Shown here in pieces: positions 41,451 to 56,009 of a stretch of 64,000 nucleotides of DNA; position 1 is the stretch's first letter; each line of letters opens with the position of its first letter. The position numbers and the translations under genes were made by a program. Below the pieces are notes generated by a model. It searched no databases and was not told where the DNA came from. It worked only from the letters and a program-made list of their open reading frames with translations. Source of the DNA: Octopus vulgaris (taxonomy: Eukaryota); assembly GCA_951406725.2 (NCBI GenBank), contig OX597832.1, forward strand, positions 66,526,001-66,590,000. Direction: 5' to 3'.

Positions 41451-44045
41451 AGAACACAAGACAATCAGTTTTTTGTTCATGTAAAAGTCAGGAAATAAGC
41501 TGACAGCCACGAAAGTGGCACACTTTAACAGAAGCGATAAAATCTCGTATGGTACAGCCACATATACACCGATACGACGCCCTTTCGAAAACTATCATTC
41601 AGGGTATAGTTACTGAGGACCGAAGATGAGGCAGCTAGATATAAACCGGATGTGGCAACATCACAAACTGAGAGGTTTCAACATCTCTTCTGTGTGTGAC
41701 ACTACAGGTAGAATTAGTGATTGTGTACTTCCAAAACTACTAGCATGGCGGATGGTTTGATGTGCCGGACACAGGGAGTGGAATATGATACGCTATAAAT
41801 TGTTGCTGAGTTAGGTATTAGATAGACATCGAAACGTAATTAGTAGTATAAAATGTCTAGTTTACGAAGTGCTATGAGATGGCTCGTGTTTATAAAGTGT
41901 GGTGAAAACCCTCCTTAAATTCACATCCTTTGATAAACATCTAAAGTGCAAATATGCACGAAGCGCACTGGTCGAAACACTGATGAGAACTGAAATAAAG
42001 AATGGAACATTAGTTACAAAAAGACAGCATTACCGCTTGCCAAAGTTTCCTATCGTTACAAAATAGCTGTCTAAATTATAAGAGGTTCCTTTTATGTTGT
42101 AGTTGTTAATTTATAGATGCACATGTTCAAATATATGCGTGATAACAAGACGTGTCTCCCTCTTCAAGGACAGAATATACAACTGTTCGCAACAGTAACT
42201 AACACATTACAAAACGTGCTGGATATATAATAATGGGCCCCTCCCATGTATTGGTTAGTATGTTTCGTACAAACACACGCAACAGAGACAGCATGGAAGA
42301 AAATAAAGTAGGACTACTGAGAGCGTATAAATTTCTTCTCCAGGGAAAGCTGACTCCTCACAGTTTTTGTTACGCAAGCACGGAGACATGATGCTAATTT
42401 TGTTTTGGCATTCCCTACTTCCTTTTCGTCTTGCATTCAAGAATATTTCCTTCATATTAAAAACTGTAACCACTGTGCCCTCTCATAGCAACCGCATCTA
42501 ACCAGTCATTGACATTTTTTACCCCTACCTCAATTTCCTATCTTTCAAAAGGATCTATGTCTCTGTTAGTCTCACCTGCATCGAGTTCTGAATATCATGG
42601 ATCCATATCCCGATCTTTCAACTAAATTAATGAAAACAATATGAAACGGAAGAAATATTACAGTAGGTTTGTTATGGCCCACTGAAAATTTTAGAATGGA
42701 TTTTTTTCACTAAAATCGGTACTGATAAATTAGATCTATGAAGAAAGGTTGTACGCCCGTGACGATCACTTTGTTAAGAATGGTATATCTAGGGCTACGT
42801 TAACTCATATTTTTCAGATTTTTAAAAGAGTAATCTGTAATCTTAAGAGGATTTTATTTGGTTGTTGTTGTTGCTTCAACTTAAATATCTCTGAATGAAC
42901 ATGGCTATCTCTAGCAGCATACCAATAATGACCATCCTGTCGATTGAGGCTCTTACGTATTTATTACCAAATTCTTCTTCCTTTGCAACGAAAACAAAAC
43001 CCATTTGATCACAAAACCATACTGTTTATTAGAAACCATAGAGATTATTCGAAGGGATCTTTGACTGTTATGCTTAGTAAATCATTTTACCATATACAGG
43101 ATCCTTTGTTCAGACAAATATAAATGTTAGATGAATGGAACAGAAAACTCAGCGAAATTTAACCTCACCACTTCAATATCTTTCAGTACTCTGCTCTGCA
43201 GTTAATATCTTAAGTGTATTCACTCGTATGACAGCATGAAATTGATTGAATGACAAAAGGTTCAATTTACAGCTACATAATATAGTAGGCAACATTTTCA
43301 AGTAAAAATAAACACAGCAGTTTCTTTTCGAAACACGATAGATCTCTGTAAATAATTAATTTAGGAGAAAATACGATATAAGCCTGATGCAGGTAGAAAA
43401 GTTGATAAGCAGAAGATTGATTTAACTCGTAGGAAATGCATAGTTTATTTTCGGAAACTAATTACTGAATTCAAATTTCACTCGCTAATTTAATGAGTAT
43501 TTTATGATGATTAAGTTTCTCTTTTATATTTTATCATCTCAACGCTAAGGAATATTCGTATACGTGGGAAACAGAATAAATCCTTTCTATGTTACTAAAG
43601 TTTCTATCTTTCATTTTTATGCATATATCTTTATCATATTATTGTTCTAGAAGTTGAGTTTGCTGTGATTTCTTTTCGGGTGAGCAGTTTCGGTTCTGTA
43701 CCAATCAATGTAATTCTTATCACTTATTTCACAAACATATGCGAAATTTATCCGAGTCATTTCACTTCAATTTTTCTCATGAAATATTCAAAAACAGGTG
43801 GAATCTATGAAGGGTGTTTGGTGACAAAAACAGGAGATCCCAAACTTTTTCCTCTTGCCCTATGACGCTCACAGATTTTGCTCAATCCTAGAGTCTTTTA
43901 TCGAAGCTAAGATAAAATAACATCCTCACAAGATGTCACAAACTAGTATCGAAAACGCGTGCTCTTGCGAGCGAAGTAAACTTATTATTCAATCGGCCAT
44001 GCTACGTCTGTATTCATAATATATTTCCACATGTATTCACGCATA

Positions 44046-45311
44046 CGAGGGGCGTTCAATAAGTAATGCCCCTGACCCACTTCCCATAGCAATAGAGCAA
44101 CGAAACTTGGCACAGGTATTAGTCTTTTTCTACATAGGAACAACCCAGAGGTACACATTTCTCCCATCGTTTGATGCAGTTCTGGAGACCGTTTTCGTAG
44201 AAGACCCCAGCTTGGTCCTCCAACCACGACGTGACTTCAAAAATCAAGGCTGCATCATCTGGGAAACGCTTTCCTTTCAAAAACAACTTAATGGCTGGGA
44301 AGAGGTGAAAATCAGAGGGTGCAAGGTCAGGAGAGTAGGGGGATGGGGGAAGAGTTCATAGCCGCACGCCTGTGCTTCTGATCTGGCGACACGCGAGTTG
44401 TGGACCGGAGCGTTGTCCTGCAGGAGGAGGACGCCTTTGCTGATCTTGCCCCGTCTCTTGGTTTCGATAGCTTCTCTTAATTTCCTCAAAAGTGAAACAT
44501 GATAGGCTCCTGTAATTGTGGTACCCTTTGCCAGGAAATCTGTCATCACTACTCCGTCCAGGTCCCAGAAGACTGTGAGCATGACCTTGCCAGCGGAGGG
44601 CTGCACCCTTGCCTTCTTTGGAGGAGGTGAGTCATGGTGCTTCCACTGCATTGACTGGGCTTTGGTCTCTGGATCATAGTGATGGACCCAGGTTTTATTC
44701 TATGCAATCAGTCTTTTGAAAAAATTTGACTCATCTTCTTGGCACATCCCTAAATTCTTGCTTCTGGAATTCTTGCGTTCTTGCTTCTGGAAAAGTGTGA
44801 GCAACCTGGAAATCCATCTGGCAGAAACCTTTTGCATATGCAAATGGTCATGAATGATAGTTTCCACAGACCCGGTACTAATCTTGACCTCATGGGCTAT
44901 TTGGCGAATAGTTATGCGTCGATCTTCCAAAATGGCAGCCTCAACTTGACGGACAGATGCCTCATCAATGGCAGAAGGGGTGCGACCAGATCTGGGAGCT
45001 GTTTCCACAGAGTTCCGACCATGTTTGAATACACGATGCCAGCGTTTTACAAGGTCATATGATGGGGCATCATCACCATAAGTTACTTTCATTTCATTAA
45101 AAGTCTCCTGTGGTGTGCGTCATTTCAAATACAAAACCCGGATCACTGCTCGACACTCAACATGCTCCATTTCCCACTTGACTCATTTAAAACACCTGTA
45201 AATTAATTTGCCACTTAATCTATAGAGATATAAATAATTGCACATGCAAAATTTCAGCTAGATCAAACAAAGGCAAGTGGGTCAGAGGCATTACTTATTG
45301 AACGCTCCTCG
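44046..45311 (-). mobile_element. Full-length mariner transposon with frameshifted transposase
   Basis: TA TSDs (44044-45, 45312-13); TIRs CGAGGGGCGTTCAATAAGTAATGCCCCTGACCCACTT; ORF pieces with HTH (VKRWHRVFK.GR), KVSARWI, KVMLTVFWD, QDNAPVH and a frameshifted YSPDLAPSDF. Confidence 0.95.
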
Positions 45312-45583
45312 TATTTAAGAGACTGTGAGAAAAATATCTATGTAGAAATCACTGACGAAAAAAGACAAGTAATATAAAGAGATACTGTTGTTGATATTTT
45401 GTTTGGCTACGGTTAGGGGTCACCTCCTTGGTCTTCTGGAAAGACTTCACCACTATGCAAATATACCATCACTATGAACATGTACTCTTCCGTTTATGCA
45501 TTTATCCTAGAACTGAAACTCGTACACACAGAGGCACACACAAACACTCTCACAAAAAAATTAATAATAATGAAAATTAAGAT

Positions 45584-46055
<472 letters not shown>

Positions 46056-46273
46056 AGAGCAGAATGGAGTAAGTGGAGCAAGAGTACACACAAAAACGAA
46101 ATGTGTCACTGAAGAGGTCACATATGTGTAACGAAAGATTTCCAGACAATGGGCATGAGTTAAAATAAGAACAGTAATAAAACGAGTAAACCACAAATAT
46201 ATAATGCATTTGTTTATTTCCCAAATTAAAAAACAATTTCCATTCGAAATACAACAACAACAACAACAATATT

Positions 46274-48150
46274 AATGAAAATAATATCTTCGTTTTTCGC
46301 ATTGCAGATCGCTTGCGGAAAACAATCTACTGCCAATAGAGTAGAAGGGATGTCGAAAAGGATCCGAGAGCACCAAACACCTCTTTGTGATAGACAAAGT
46401 TATAATGAAGCATTGTAAATGGTACGAAAAATACTTATGCATAGCCGAGATAGACTTCAAAATGGCTTACTTCATTTTGCCGCATTCGGGGATTTTGGAA
46501 ACACTCGAGATCTGTGGAATGGCTGAGAACGCGTGTGCACTGATTAAGAACAGCATTCCTAGTTGGAAAACACGTCTTTCTTGTAACAACCAGCACTTAA
46601 CCGAAGTAACAAGCAAAAGAGGTATCGTCCAAGGAGATTTTTGTTCACCTCTGTTATTTGTTATAGCCTTGATCTCACCTTCTGTAGACCTATGTAAGTC
46701 GACGCGCACTATAAGCTGCGAAAGAATGGACCTCGTCTCAAACATATTCTCTTCATGGACAATTTTAAACTGTTCGCGAAAACAGAGCTCAAAATATAGA
46801 GGCTGGTGGGGACTGTGCAAATGTACAGCAAAGATATAGGGGTGAAATTCGGCATCTCGAAGTGTGCGGCGCTTATTTTGAAGCGTAGGAAAGGAGTAAA
46901 TTGTAGGGGCATAGAATTGCCAAACGGAGAGAGAATTGAAGACCCAGATGATGATGGAAACAAGAACCTTGGGATCCTGGGACTGGACAATATCTTGCAC
47001 AGACAAATGAAAGACAAGGTCATCACTGCATATTTCAAGTGCCTTAAACTTCACTTGAAATCAAAACTCGACTCAAGGACCCTTGTGACTACCATCAACG
47101 TATGGGTGGTTGCTGTAGTCCGCTATAGTGAACCCATCCTGAGATGGACTCAAACAGAGATTAATCAATTCGATCGCACTACCCGAAAGACAATGGCAAT
47201 ATATGATGCCCTCCACACTAAGGCGAATGTGCACAGGCTTTACATGAAGAAGGGTAAACGTGAACGTGTGCTGATCAGCGTACGGGAGTGCATTAACATT
47301 GAAAGAAGAAACGGCAGAACATTTGGTACACAGCAAACAAGATCTGCTACCATATGTTGCAAATGCAGAAGAATTTAACAAAAAATGGAGTTGTGCTCAT
47401 GTATTCCGATCAAGAACAGCCGATGACAGAGAACAAACTCTAATCCGTTTGGAATTATTTTGTCAGTTTCGCCGTGAAACCCATAAATTAAAAGATTAGA
47501 AAGCATCATGAAGGTGGCTTAAAATATGTGATATAAAGAATACTGTCTGCAGAATGTGTGGGAAGAGGGCTGAAAAATTGACTCACATTGTTAGTGCTTG
47601 ATAAAATCTTGCTCAGAAAGTGTACAAGCGTAGACATGACAGGTTAACCCCAAACAATTGCTGGTTACTATGCCGGAAGTATGGATGTGAGGTTATAGGT
47701 ACTTGGTACACAGGAAAAGCTAATGACCGAAAAGGTGAAGGCAAAAACCTTTGACTTCTAGACACACAAAATTTTAGAGTACCAATGGCCGGATATAGTA
47801 ACATTTAGGAGAGACAAACAATAGTGCCTAATAATTGACGTAGCAGTGCCCGATCAACATATAATCATGAAAGAGAAAAGTATAAATACAGAGACCTGAA
47901 AATTGAGATATCTAAGATATAGCAGCAATGTGAGTCAAACATAAAGGCTTCTATATTGTCATCGGAGCATTGGGTTCAATACCACCCAATCTGAAAAAGA
48001 AAACATCGAAAATCTTTAGAAATATCCTACAATCTACGTGTATTGCAAAACTCGGCATTACATGAAACTGCGCGAATATTGCGTAAAGTTATGTCTGTCT
48101 GAGTCCTTGTTGTGATTTGACAGATAGTGCAAACCCCCAGTTAACACAAT
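46274..48150 (+). pseudogene. Degenerate R4/Dong-like LINE
   Basis: IDFKMAY, RGIVQGDFCSPLLF and FGISKCA motifs, then CRMC and RHD remnants; multiple frameshifts. Confidence 0.8.
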
Positions 48151-48304
48151 ATTTCAATCAACAACAGCACGATATAGTATACAGCACGACGCCTATAAGA
48201 ACAACAAGAACAACAGCAGCAACAATAGCAACAAGAGCAACAACAACAACAACAACAATAATAATAAATAAAAATAATAATAAAAATAATAATAATAAAA
48301 ATAA

Positions 48305-48371
<67 letters not shown>

Positions 48372-48374
<3 letters not shown>

Positions 48375-50735
48375 CATCCAAAACAAAATTAAAAAAAATA
48401 GAAAAGACCTGTCGATTCTTAATGAAATCAGCAAACAATCAACGCTACTGAGCAACAAAAAGAGAACAAAAATGCTCCGCAAATATAACATCACAGAAAA
48501 AGATTTGCCGGAGATAAAAGAAAAGCTGAAGCAAGATATCCTTGCCAAAGCTCAAAGGATCTGCCGATGCCTCCCTACTATGTTCAAGGCATTTACTGCA
48601 GTGATATCGCAAAGGCTGAACAAGCACCTGGACGAAAACAAACTGTTTCCAGAAGAGCAGAAAGGATGCCGCAAAGGCTCATATGGCTGTAAAGATCAAC
48701 TAATGATTAATAAAGCCGTAACTGAAGACAGCCACAGAAAGAAGAAAGGCCTCAGTATGGCCTGGATTGACTACAAAAAGGCGTTTGATAGCATCCCCCA
48801 CACATGGATCCTCGAAACACTAGCCATTAACAAAGTAGCACCAACAATCATAAAATTCATAGAGCACTCTATGAATAAATGGCAAACAGTCCTACACCTC
48901 CAAACAAAAGAGGGACTCATGAAAACCAAAGACATCTCCATTAGAAGAGGAATATTCCAGGGAGACACGCTCTCTCCACTCCTTTTCTGCTTGGCACTGT
49001 CACCTCTATCTGATATGCTAAATAGAACTGGATGCGGATATAAATGTTACGGCAAAACGATCAGCCACCTTTTATATATGGATGACCTAAAACTATACGC
49101 TGCAAATGACAAACAGCTGGAAACACTATTAAAGACAGTTCATGGATTTACCAAAGAAATAGATATGAAATTTGGATTAGAAAAATGCGCCAAAGTAACC
49201 ATGAAAAGAGGAAAACTAGTTAAGAGTAACAACATCACACTAGATAAAACCAATGAAATAAAAGAATTAGACCAAAGCCAAACTTACAAATACTTAGGAA
49301 TCCATGAACTAGATAAGACACAATACACACAAATGAATTAGAAAATAAAAAAAGAATATTATAGACGAGTTAGATCAATACTAAAAACAGAGCTCAATGC
49401 TAAAAACAAAATAATAGGTATCAACACTTTAGCTCTCCCAGTTATAAGTTACAGCTACAATATCCTTAACTGGACACGAAATGAACTGTCCAAAATAGAT
49501 AGGAAAACAAGAAAAATACTGACAGGATCTAGGATGCATCACCCGAAATCTGACATAGAAAGACTATATATACAACGTATAGAAGGTGGTAGAGGCCTTA
49601 TACAGCTGGAAAACTACTATAAAATAACCACCATAGGACTGCAAAAATATCTACTTCAGAAGGAAGGAAAACTGATCCAGATAGCAGCAAAACACGAGCA
49701 AAACAAAAAACTGTTCTCAGTATTTAAGGAAGCTGACAAATACAAACAAGAAATCATACCACCTAATAAACATGAAGAAGAAGAAGAAGATGATGAAGAA
49801 ACAACAAAAGCTATAAAACAAATGAAATCCAAACTAAAAATAGAACAGCAACGAACCATGATAAATCGATGGCAAGAAAAGCCCCTTCATGGTAAATACT
49901 GGACTAAACTAAACGCAAAAGAAATAGACAAAGAAAAATCCCAGCAATGGTTGTGAAGCTCAGGACTCAAGGCAGAAACAGAGGGATTTTTAATTGCAGC
50001 ACAAGACCAAAGCCTCCCCACCAGAAATTACCAAAAAACATGTAATGAAAAGAAATATTACAAGTAACTGCAGAATATGTGGAGATGGACAAGAAACAAT
50101 AAATCATATTATCTCTAACTGCCCAGTCCTGGCTAAGAAGGAATATATTCACAGACATGACAGAGTTGGAACCTACATACATTGGAAGCTATGTCAACAT
50201 TATGGAATAACAACAGAAAAAAGATGGTATAGACACACACCAGAAAAGGTACAGAAAACGAGAAAGCAACCATACTCTGGGATATGCCGATACACACAGA
50301 TAGAGAAATTAAGGCCAACAGACCAGATATAGTTGTCAGAGATCATGAAGAAAAAATGCTTTCTAATTGATGTATCAATACCGGCAGATGACAACGTGTC
50401 TCTAAAAGAAATGGAGAAACTCTCAAAATACAAAGACCTGGAAATAGAGGTAACTAGAATGTGGAATCTGAAAACAGAAACAATTCCTATCATAGTAGGT
50501 GCATTAGGCATGATAAAAAAATATTCAGACAAATACATAACAAAAACACCAGGACTTACAAACACATATAACATACAGAAAATTGCACTACTAGGCACTG
50601 CATACATCCTACGCAGAACACTTTCCATACAATAACCATCAGAGCATCACAACAAATCACAGCACATACCCAAGTCACACAGAGCTGCGCTCGGTAGTGA
50701 AGTGAAAGCACGCTATAAAAATAAAACTACTGAAT
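48372..50735 (+). pseudogene. Young R4/Dong-like LINE (RT plus RLE), 5'-truncated with internal deletion
   Basis: EEQKGC, WIDYKKAFDS, GIFQGDTLSPLLF, YMDDLK, CRICG..H....C, RHD, RPD, IDVSIP, K..KY; few stops or frameshifts; (TAA)n on both sides. Confidence 0.92.
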
Positions 50736-50825
50736 AATAATAATAAAAATAATTAGAAGAAGAAGAAGAAGAAGAAGAAGAAGAAGAAGAAGAAGAAGAA
50801 GAAGAAGAAGAAGAAGAAGAAGAAG

Positions 50826-51827
50826 CATGAAAGCCCGTGCTACAACTGCTTCCTTAGATATTCTGAATAATAAATGACAAGAAAAACCTCTCTATGGCAA
50901 ATGCCCAAAAAGAGCGAATAATGCAGATGTTGACGAAACCCTGACCCATCAATGGCTAATGGCCTCTGGCTTAAAATCTGAAACAGAAGGGTTTATTATG
51001 GCAGCTCAAAATCAATGCCTACGAACAAGGAACTACCCGGCCAATATATTAAAGATCAGCAGTAGCCCAACATGTCATGTATGTCAACAACAAAATGAAA
51101 CCATTGACCATGTTGTCTCCAAGTGCAGACGTCTAGCGCCTACAGAGTACCTCAACAGGCATGATAGAACTGCAGAATATATTCACTGAGTAATCTGCAA
51201 AAACCTGGATTTGCTCCATGAAAAAAACTGGTGGGAACACAAACCACATCCAGTGCTTGAAAATGACCACATCTCACTCCTCTGGAACTTCCCCATTCAC
51301 ACTGACAGAAAGATAGATGCAAATAGTCGAGACATCATATCGAAAGACTTCAAACAAAGATCATGCCTCCTCATTGATATGACTGTCCCAATCGATATAA
51401 ACGTATCTGCCAAGACCTACCAAAAACTGAGCAAATATAAAGATCTTGAAATAGAAATCAGCAAAATGTGGAACCTCAAGACTAAAAGAAAACCTGTTGT
51501 CATAGGTACCCTGGGAATGATAGCAAAAGGGGCTGATCGCTACCTAACTCAGATACCAGGAAACCCCAAAATGACAGTAATTCAAAAGATAGTGCTCATG
51601 GGAACTGCTCATATCCTACGCAAAATACTTTCTATGTAACCTCAAGTTTTAAAACAAACAATTTTCGTATGCTTTTTTAGGCATTCACTAGTACAACACT
51701 AAGTACAAAACCAAATATATGGCCCCCTAGGCATAACACCAACATGAACTTCCAACTTGTTGTCTCTTCAGGTCTCTGGGTGAGACTTGGAACCAGCTTG
51801 TGCAAATGTAAAGCAAAAGTCAAACAT

Positions 51828-51829
<2 letters not shown>
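50826..51829 (+). pseudogene. 3' fragment of an R4/Dong-like LINE, same subfamily as 32296-34313
   Basis: ORFs 50959..51189 and 51211..51639 are nearly identical in protein to 32500..33312; shared 3' UTR; (TAA)n tail. Confidence 0.9.
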
Positions 51830-51911
<82 letters not shown>

Positions 51912-51913
<2 letters not shown>

Positions 51914-52585
51914 CGACAGAACGATAAGGAAATTGCTAACTAGATATGTATCACTCCATGCAAAAAGTGACCTAGGGGGGGGGAGAAGTGGGCTTATTGG
52001 ATGCGAACACTACATTAGAGCAGAAGAAAACAACATAGCATGGTATGTAAAAAAAATGCCACAGAACCGATGTTATTAGAAGTAAGAAGGTCAGGCTTTG
52101 TTAGGATGAAAGATTGCAAAGATAAAGCACTGTAAATTAAATTGAAAACGAATGAAACTGAAAATAGGTGGGTAAAGAAAAGAATGCATTCTCAATTTCA
52201 TAGGGATGTTGAAGATAAAACAGACAGAGAACAGAGATGTCTGTGGATGACTTAAAGTGATTTAAAACCGGAAACGGAGGCTCAAACTGTGCTGCCCAAG
52301 AGCAAGCACTAAGATCATAAACTACATAAAATACAGAATGGACAACACAAGAGAAAGTGATAAGTGCAGAATATGTGGACACAACTGTGAAACCGTATGG
52401 CATATTACTAGCCAATATACGCCACTAGCCCTGAAGGAATATAAGAAACGCAACGACAGTATAGCCAGGCTTGTACATTGGATACTAGTATGGACTTGAC
52501 AGAGCACAAATTGGTATGACCACAAACCTGAAAGCATCGTCGATAATACAAATGCAAAGATCCTATGGGATTTTATGATAGAGTG
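51912..52585 (+). pseudogene. Degenerate R4/Dong-like LINE fragment (third subfamily)
   Basis: DRTIRKLLTRY..LH.KSD, GGR.GLI and KCRICG..ETVWHI remnants. Confidence 0.75.
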
Positions 52586-53010
52586 CATTTTACCATGCCT
52601 ATTGCGCCTACTATGATAGGAATTAATTCTGTTTTTAGATTCCACATTCGAGTTACCTCTATTTCCAGGTCTTTGTATTTTGAAAGTTTCTCCATTTCTT
52701 TTAGAGAAACATTGTTATCTGTTGGTATTCATACATCAATTAGAAAGCATTTTTTGCTTCATGATCCCTGATAACTATATCTTGCCTATTTGCCTTAATT
52801 TCACTATCTGTGTGTATTTCTGGTGTGTGCCTATACCATCTTTTTTTTCTGTTATTATTCCATAGTGTGGGCATAGCTTCCAGTGTATTTAGGTCCCAAC
52901 TCTTTCGTGTCTGTGAGTACAGTCCACCTAAGCCAGGACTGGGCAGTCAGAGATAATATGATTAATTGTTTGATGTCCATTTCCACATATTCTGCAGTAA
53001 CTTGTTATAT
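52586..53010 (-). pseudogene. Inverted, deletion-riddled fragment of the 48372-50735 LINE subfamily
   Basis: Reverse complement matches about 50050-50520 with several short gaps. Confidence 0.8.
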
Positions 53011-53012
53011 TG

Positions 53013-53200
53013 CGTGTGTGTGCTTGTGTGTTTGTGTTTGTCCCCCACCATCGCTTGACAACCGATGTTGGCGTGTTCACATGCCCGATATAATAAGTAC
53101 CAGGCTTCCAAAGAATAAGTCGTGGGGTCGAATATTTCGACTGAAAGACAGTGCTCCGGCATGGCCGCAGTCAAATGACTGAAACAAATAAAAGAACGAA
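53013..53200 (+). mobile_element. SINE family A, 3' half
   Basis: GTTTGTCCCCCACCATCGCTTGACAACCGATG..GCATGGCCGCAGTCAAATGACTGAAAC. Confidence 0.8.
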
Positions 53201-53857
53201 AGAAATGAATAAATGACAATATAAGCTGAAAGTAGTTTGACATGGTCTCACAATACAATCCCAAATCTCACAAAGAGGTTTAGAACCTGAGTTTATAGAA
53301 TAACCAAATGAACTCCTTAAACAAAATACTATTTTACAATGCATGCATGTGGTAAATGCAATAGGAAAGGCGATAAGAATACAATCTTAATGTTTCGACT
53401 CTTAATCAGCTTTGTTCTTTTTGTTGAAATAATTACGGTCTGCGCACACTCTGTATATCTTACAAGAATATGATCTGGATAAAATGCACAAAACCAATTT
53501 GCGATACATTAATCTGTAGGGCATCTGTATCCCTCTCGTGGACCGATATACAAGCATTCAATAGGTGTTTCATTCACATCTATTTTCTTTGTTAATGTGC
53601 TATGATATGCACTCCATCAACGTATTTATCACCATTCGATTTTCATAAAACACAATCTCCCTGAATAATTAAGGAAACCATTATTTAATTGCAGTTCGCA
53701 TTAATGCTGTTTTTATTTCTTTTCTTTCTCGTGTTGCTATTTTCTTTTATTTGAATTTTAATTAATTTCGACCACAAATCTCTGAAAGCGGAGTGCCGTT
53801 GAACACGCATAAACCCGTACACCCATATATATAACTAAACACTTGCAGATATACATG

Positions 53858-53895
<38 letters not shown>

Positions 53896-53902
53896 CTTAT
53901 AG

Positions 53903-53942
<40 letters not shown>

Positions 53943-53967
53943 ATATACATATATATATACATATACA

Positions 53968-54011
<44 letters not shown>

Positions 54012-55072
54012 CACATATATATATATTGATGTATATGTATGTATATATATATATGCTCTCACACACGAAATCCGTAATATATAACACTTTCATTGTATTG
54101 GTAGCTAAGAGATCGATAACTCTATAATAGCGTTCGATTATATTGTATTTGCGATACAGTTTGCTTAACAGCATTAGCAGTGATTTTTCTGTATATCAAA
54201 GACTATTGACTGATATTTTGATGAGAAGATTGCGGGATTGGCCTAATTGCTCGAGAATTCCTAATTAAATAGGTTAAATATTGTAAAGTGAACTTCTCTT
54301 CTTTATAGTTATTTGTTTGGGGCTATTGTTTATTTTCTACTTTTTTTTTACTTTCTTGTTTATTTTATTATACATTACTTTTTGCGTTTGCCACATTTTT
54401 TCAGATAGTGTGTAGTCTATCAAACAGGAAATTAGGACTTGCAGCTAATCTACTGATCTACTATTTATATTCGTTTTATTACTATTTTCTTTTTTTTATT
54501 TTGTAATTTTTGCTAACACTTCATTCTTGAAAATACGAGATTGGCTCTGCTAACTAAATCTTTTTATCGCAATTAAAAGTTTAAAAAAAAAATTTAGCAA
54601 TAGTTCGTACAATAATACTAGTTATTGATGAGCTACCTAATAACAAAATGTCATTTAACCCTATAAATCATGGCTATAAATTTGCAGAGAAAAATATCGA
54701 ATACTTCAAAGTGCTTCCTAGTTTATTTAGCAGTACAGGGAGCAGGCATCATTGCATAGTTAAGGAACATGTAGAAGTCCATCTATTAGCTGCCTAGTTA
54801 TATCTCCATCCCCTCCTCTACATGATTATTAAATCGCCCACATCATTTCAATTTATTGTGGTAGAAGGAACTTTGGGGATACTTGACGCAAATACCGATG
54901 CAGCCCCTTGGTGGAACGGTTACTACGTCACATGATGTAACCCAAATAAATGGTATCTTTAGTTGAGTCATCTCTCTTACATGTACTCGAAAAAGATCTT
55001 TATTTTCTGGGAAACATACTCTTTTGCTTCTATACACCAGGCAAAAATCACTGAAAATGTCCAAAAATGTTA

Positions 55073-55142
<70 letters not shown>

Positions 55143-55143
55143 T

Positions 55144-55700
55144 GAGTGAGAATGCAGTGCATCACATTAAAGTGGCACTGGGGTAAAATATATGAAACCC
55201 AGTATACCCATCATGACTACCCATCTGATTAAGGTTACACCAGGCACATGCATCCCAACCATATGTGCGCGATATGCTGACCTCATATCAATATTAACAG
55301 CACATGGCGTTGCAAGTGGGACCTAGTTAGAATTTTCTGCATGTTGAATAGCCCATCCCACTCAAAAGGTCATTAAATAAGGGTTGTTTAAAAGACTTTC
55401 AACGAAACATCCATGTTTCCATATGTGAATTATCCTAACCCCAAAGAATTCCACTCAACACATGTGTATGACGCTCTCCCACTAATTCTTCTCATGATCA
55501 GAGATACACATATCATCAGCTACCAAAGAATATTCTCAACTGGTTAAAGTCAAGCAACTGACCAGCATATCTCTGGTATTAAGCAGAAATTGTACTGTAG
55601 CCCATCTTTTATGCCAAGGCAAACTAATGTGCATGATAACACTTCCAATCAGTTAAGATGAGAAGCCATGAGAGCCAGTGTGTGGTAATGCATCAGGGCA
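55144..55700. repeat. Dispersed repeat, copy 2
   Basis: Colinear with 3326-3877; adjacent (TAT)n at 55070-55142. Confidence 0.75.
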
Positions 55701-55914
55701 ACTTAAACAACTTAAAGAAGGAGACCATCCAGAAGAGATGCAGGAGATTACGAAGTTGATTGGAAGCCGTAGTTTATGGAATAAATTTACTCTTTAGTAT
55801 TTCAAGATGTTTTAATACAGTTTCGGTAAATATATCTGTTCAAATGAGATGTCAGAGTTATTTCCACTTTCGTTAATTTAGACAACAATATTTTCACCGC
55901 ACCTTGTGTGTACG

Positions 55915-56009
<95 letters not shown>

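Noticed and set aside
41975-42015. CTGATGA..GAAA hammerhead candidate
   Set aside because: No stem II, stem III or stem I pairing; chance match.
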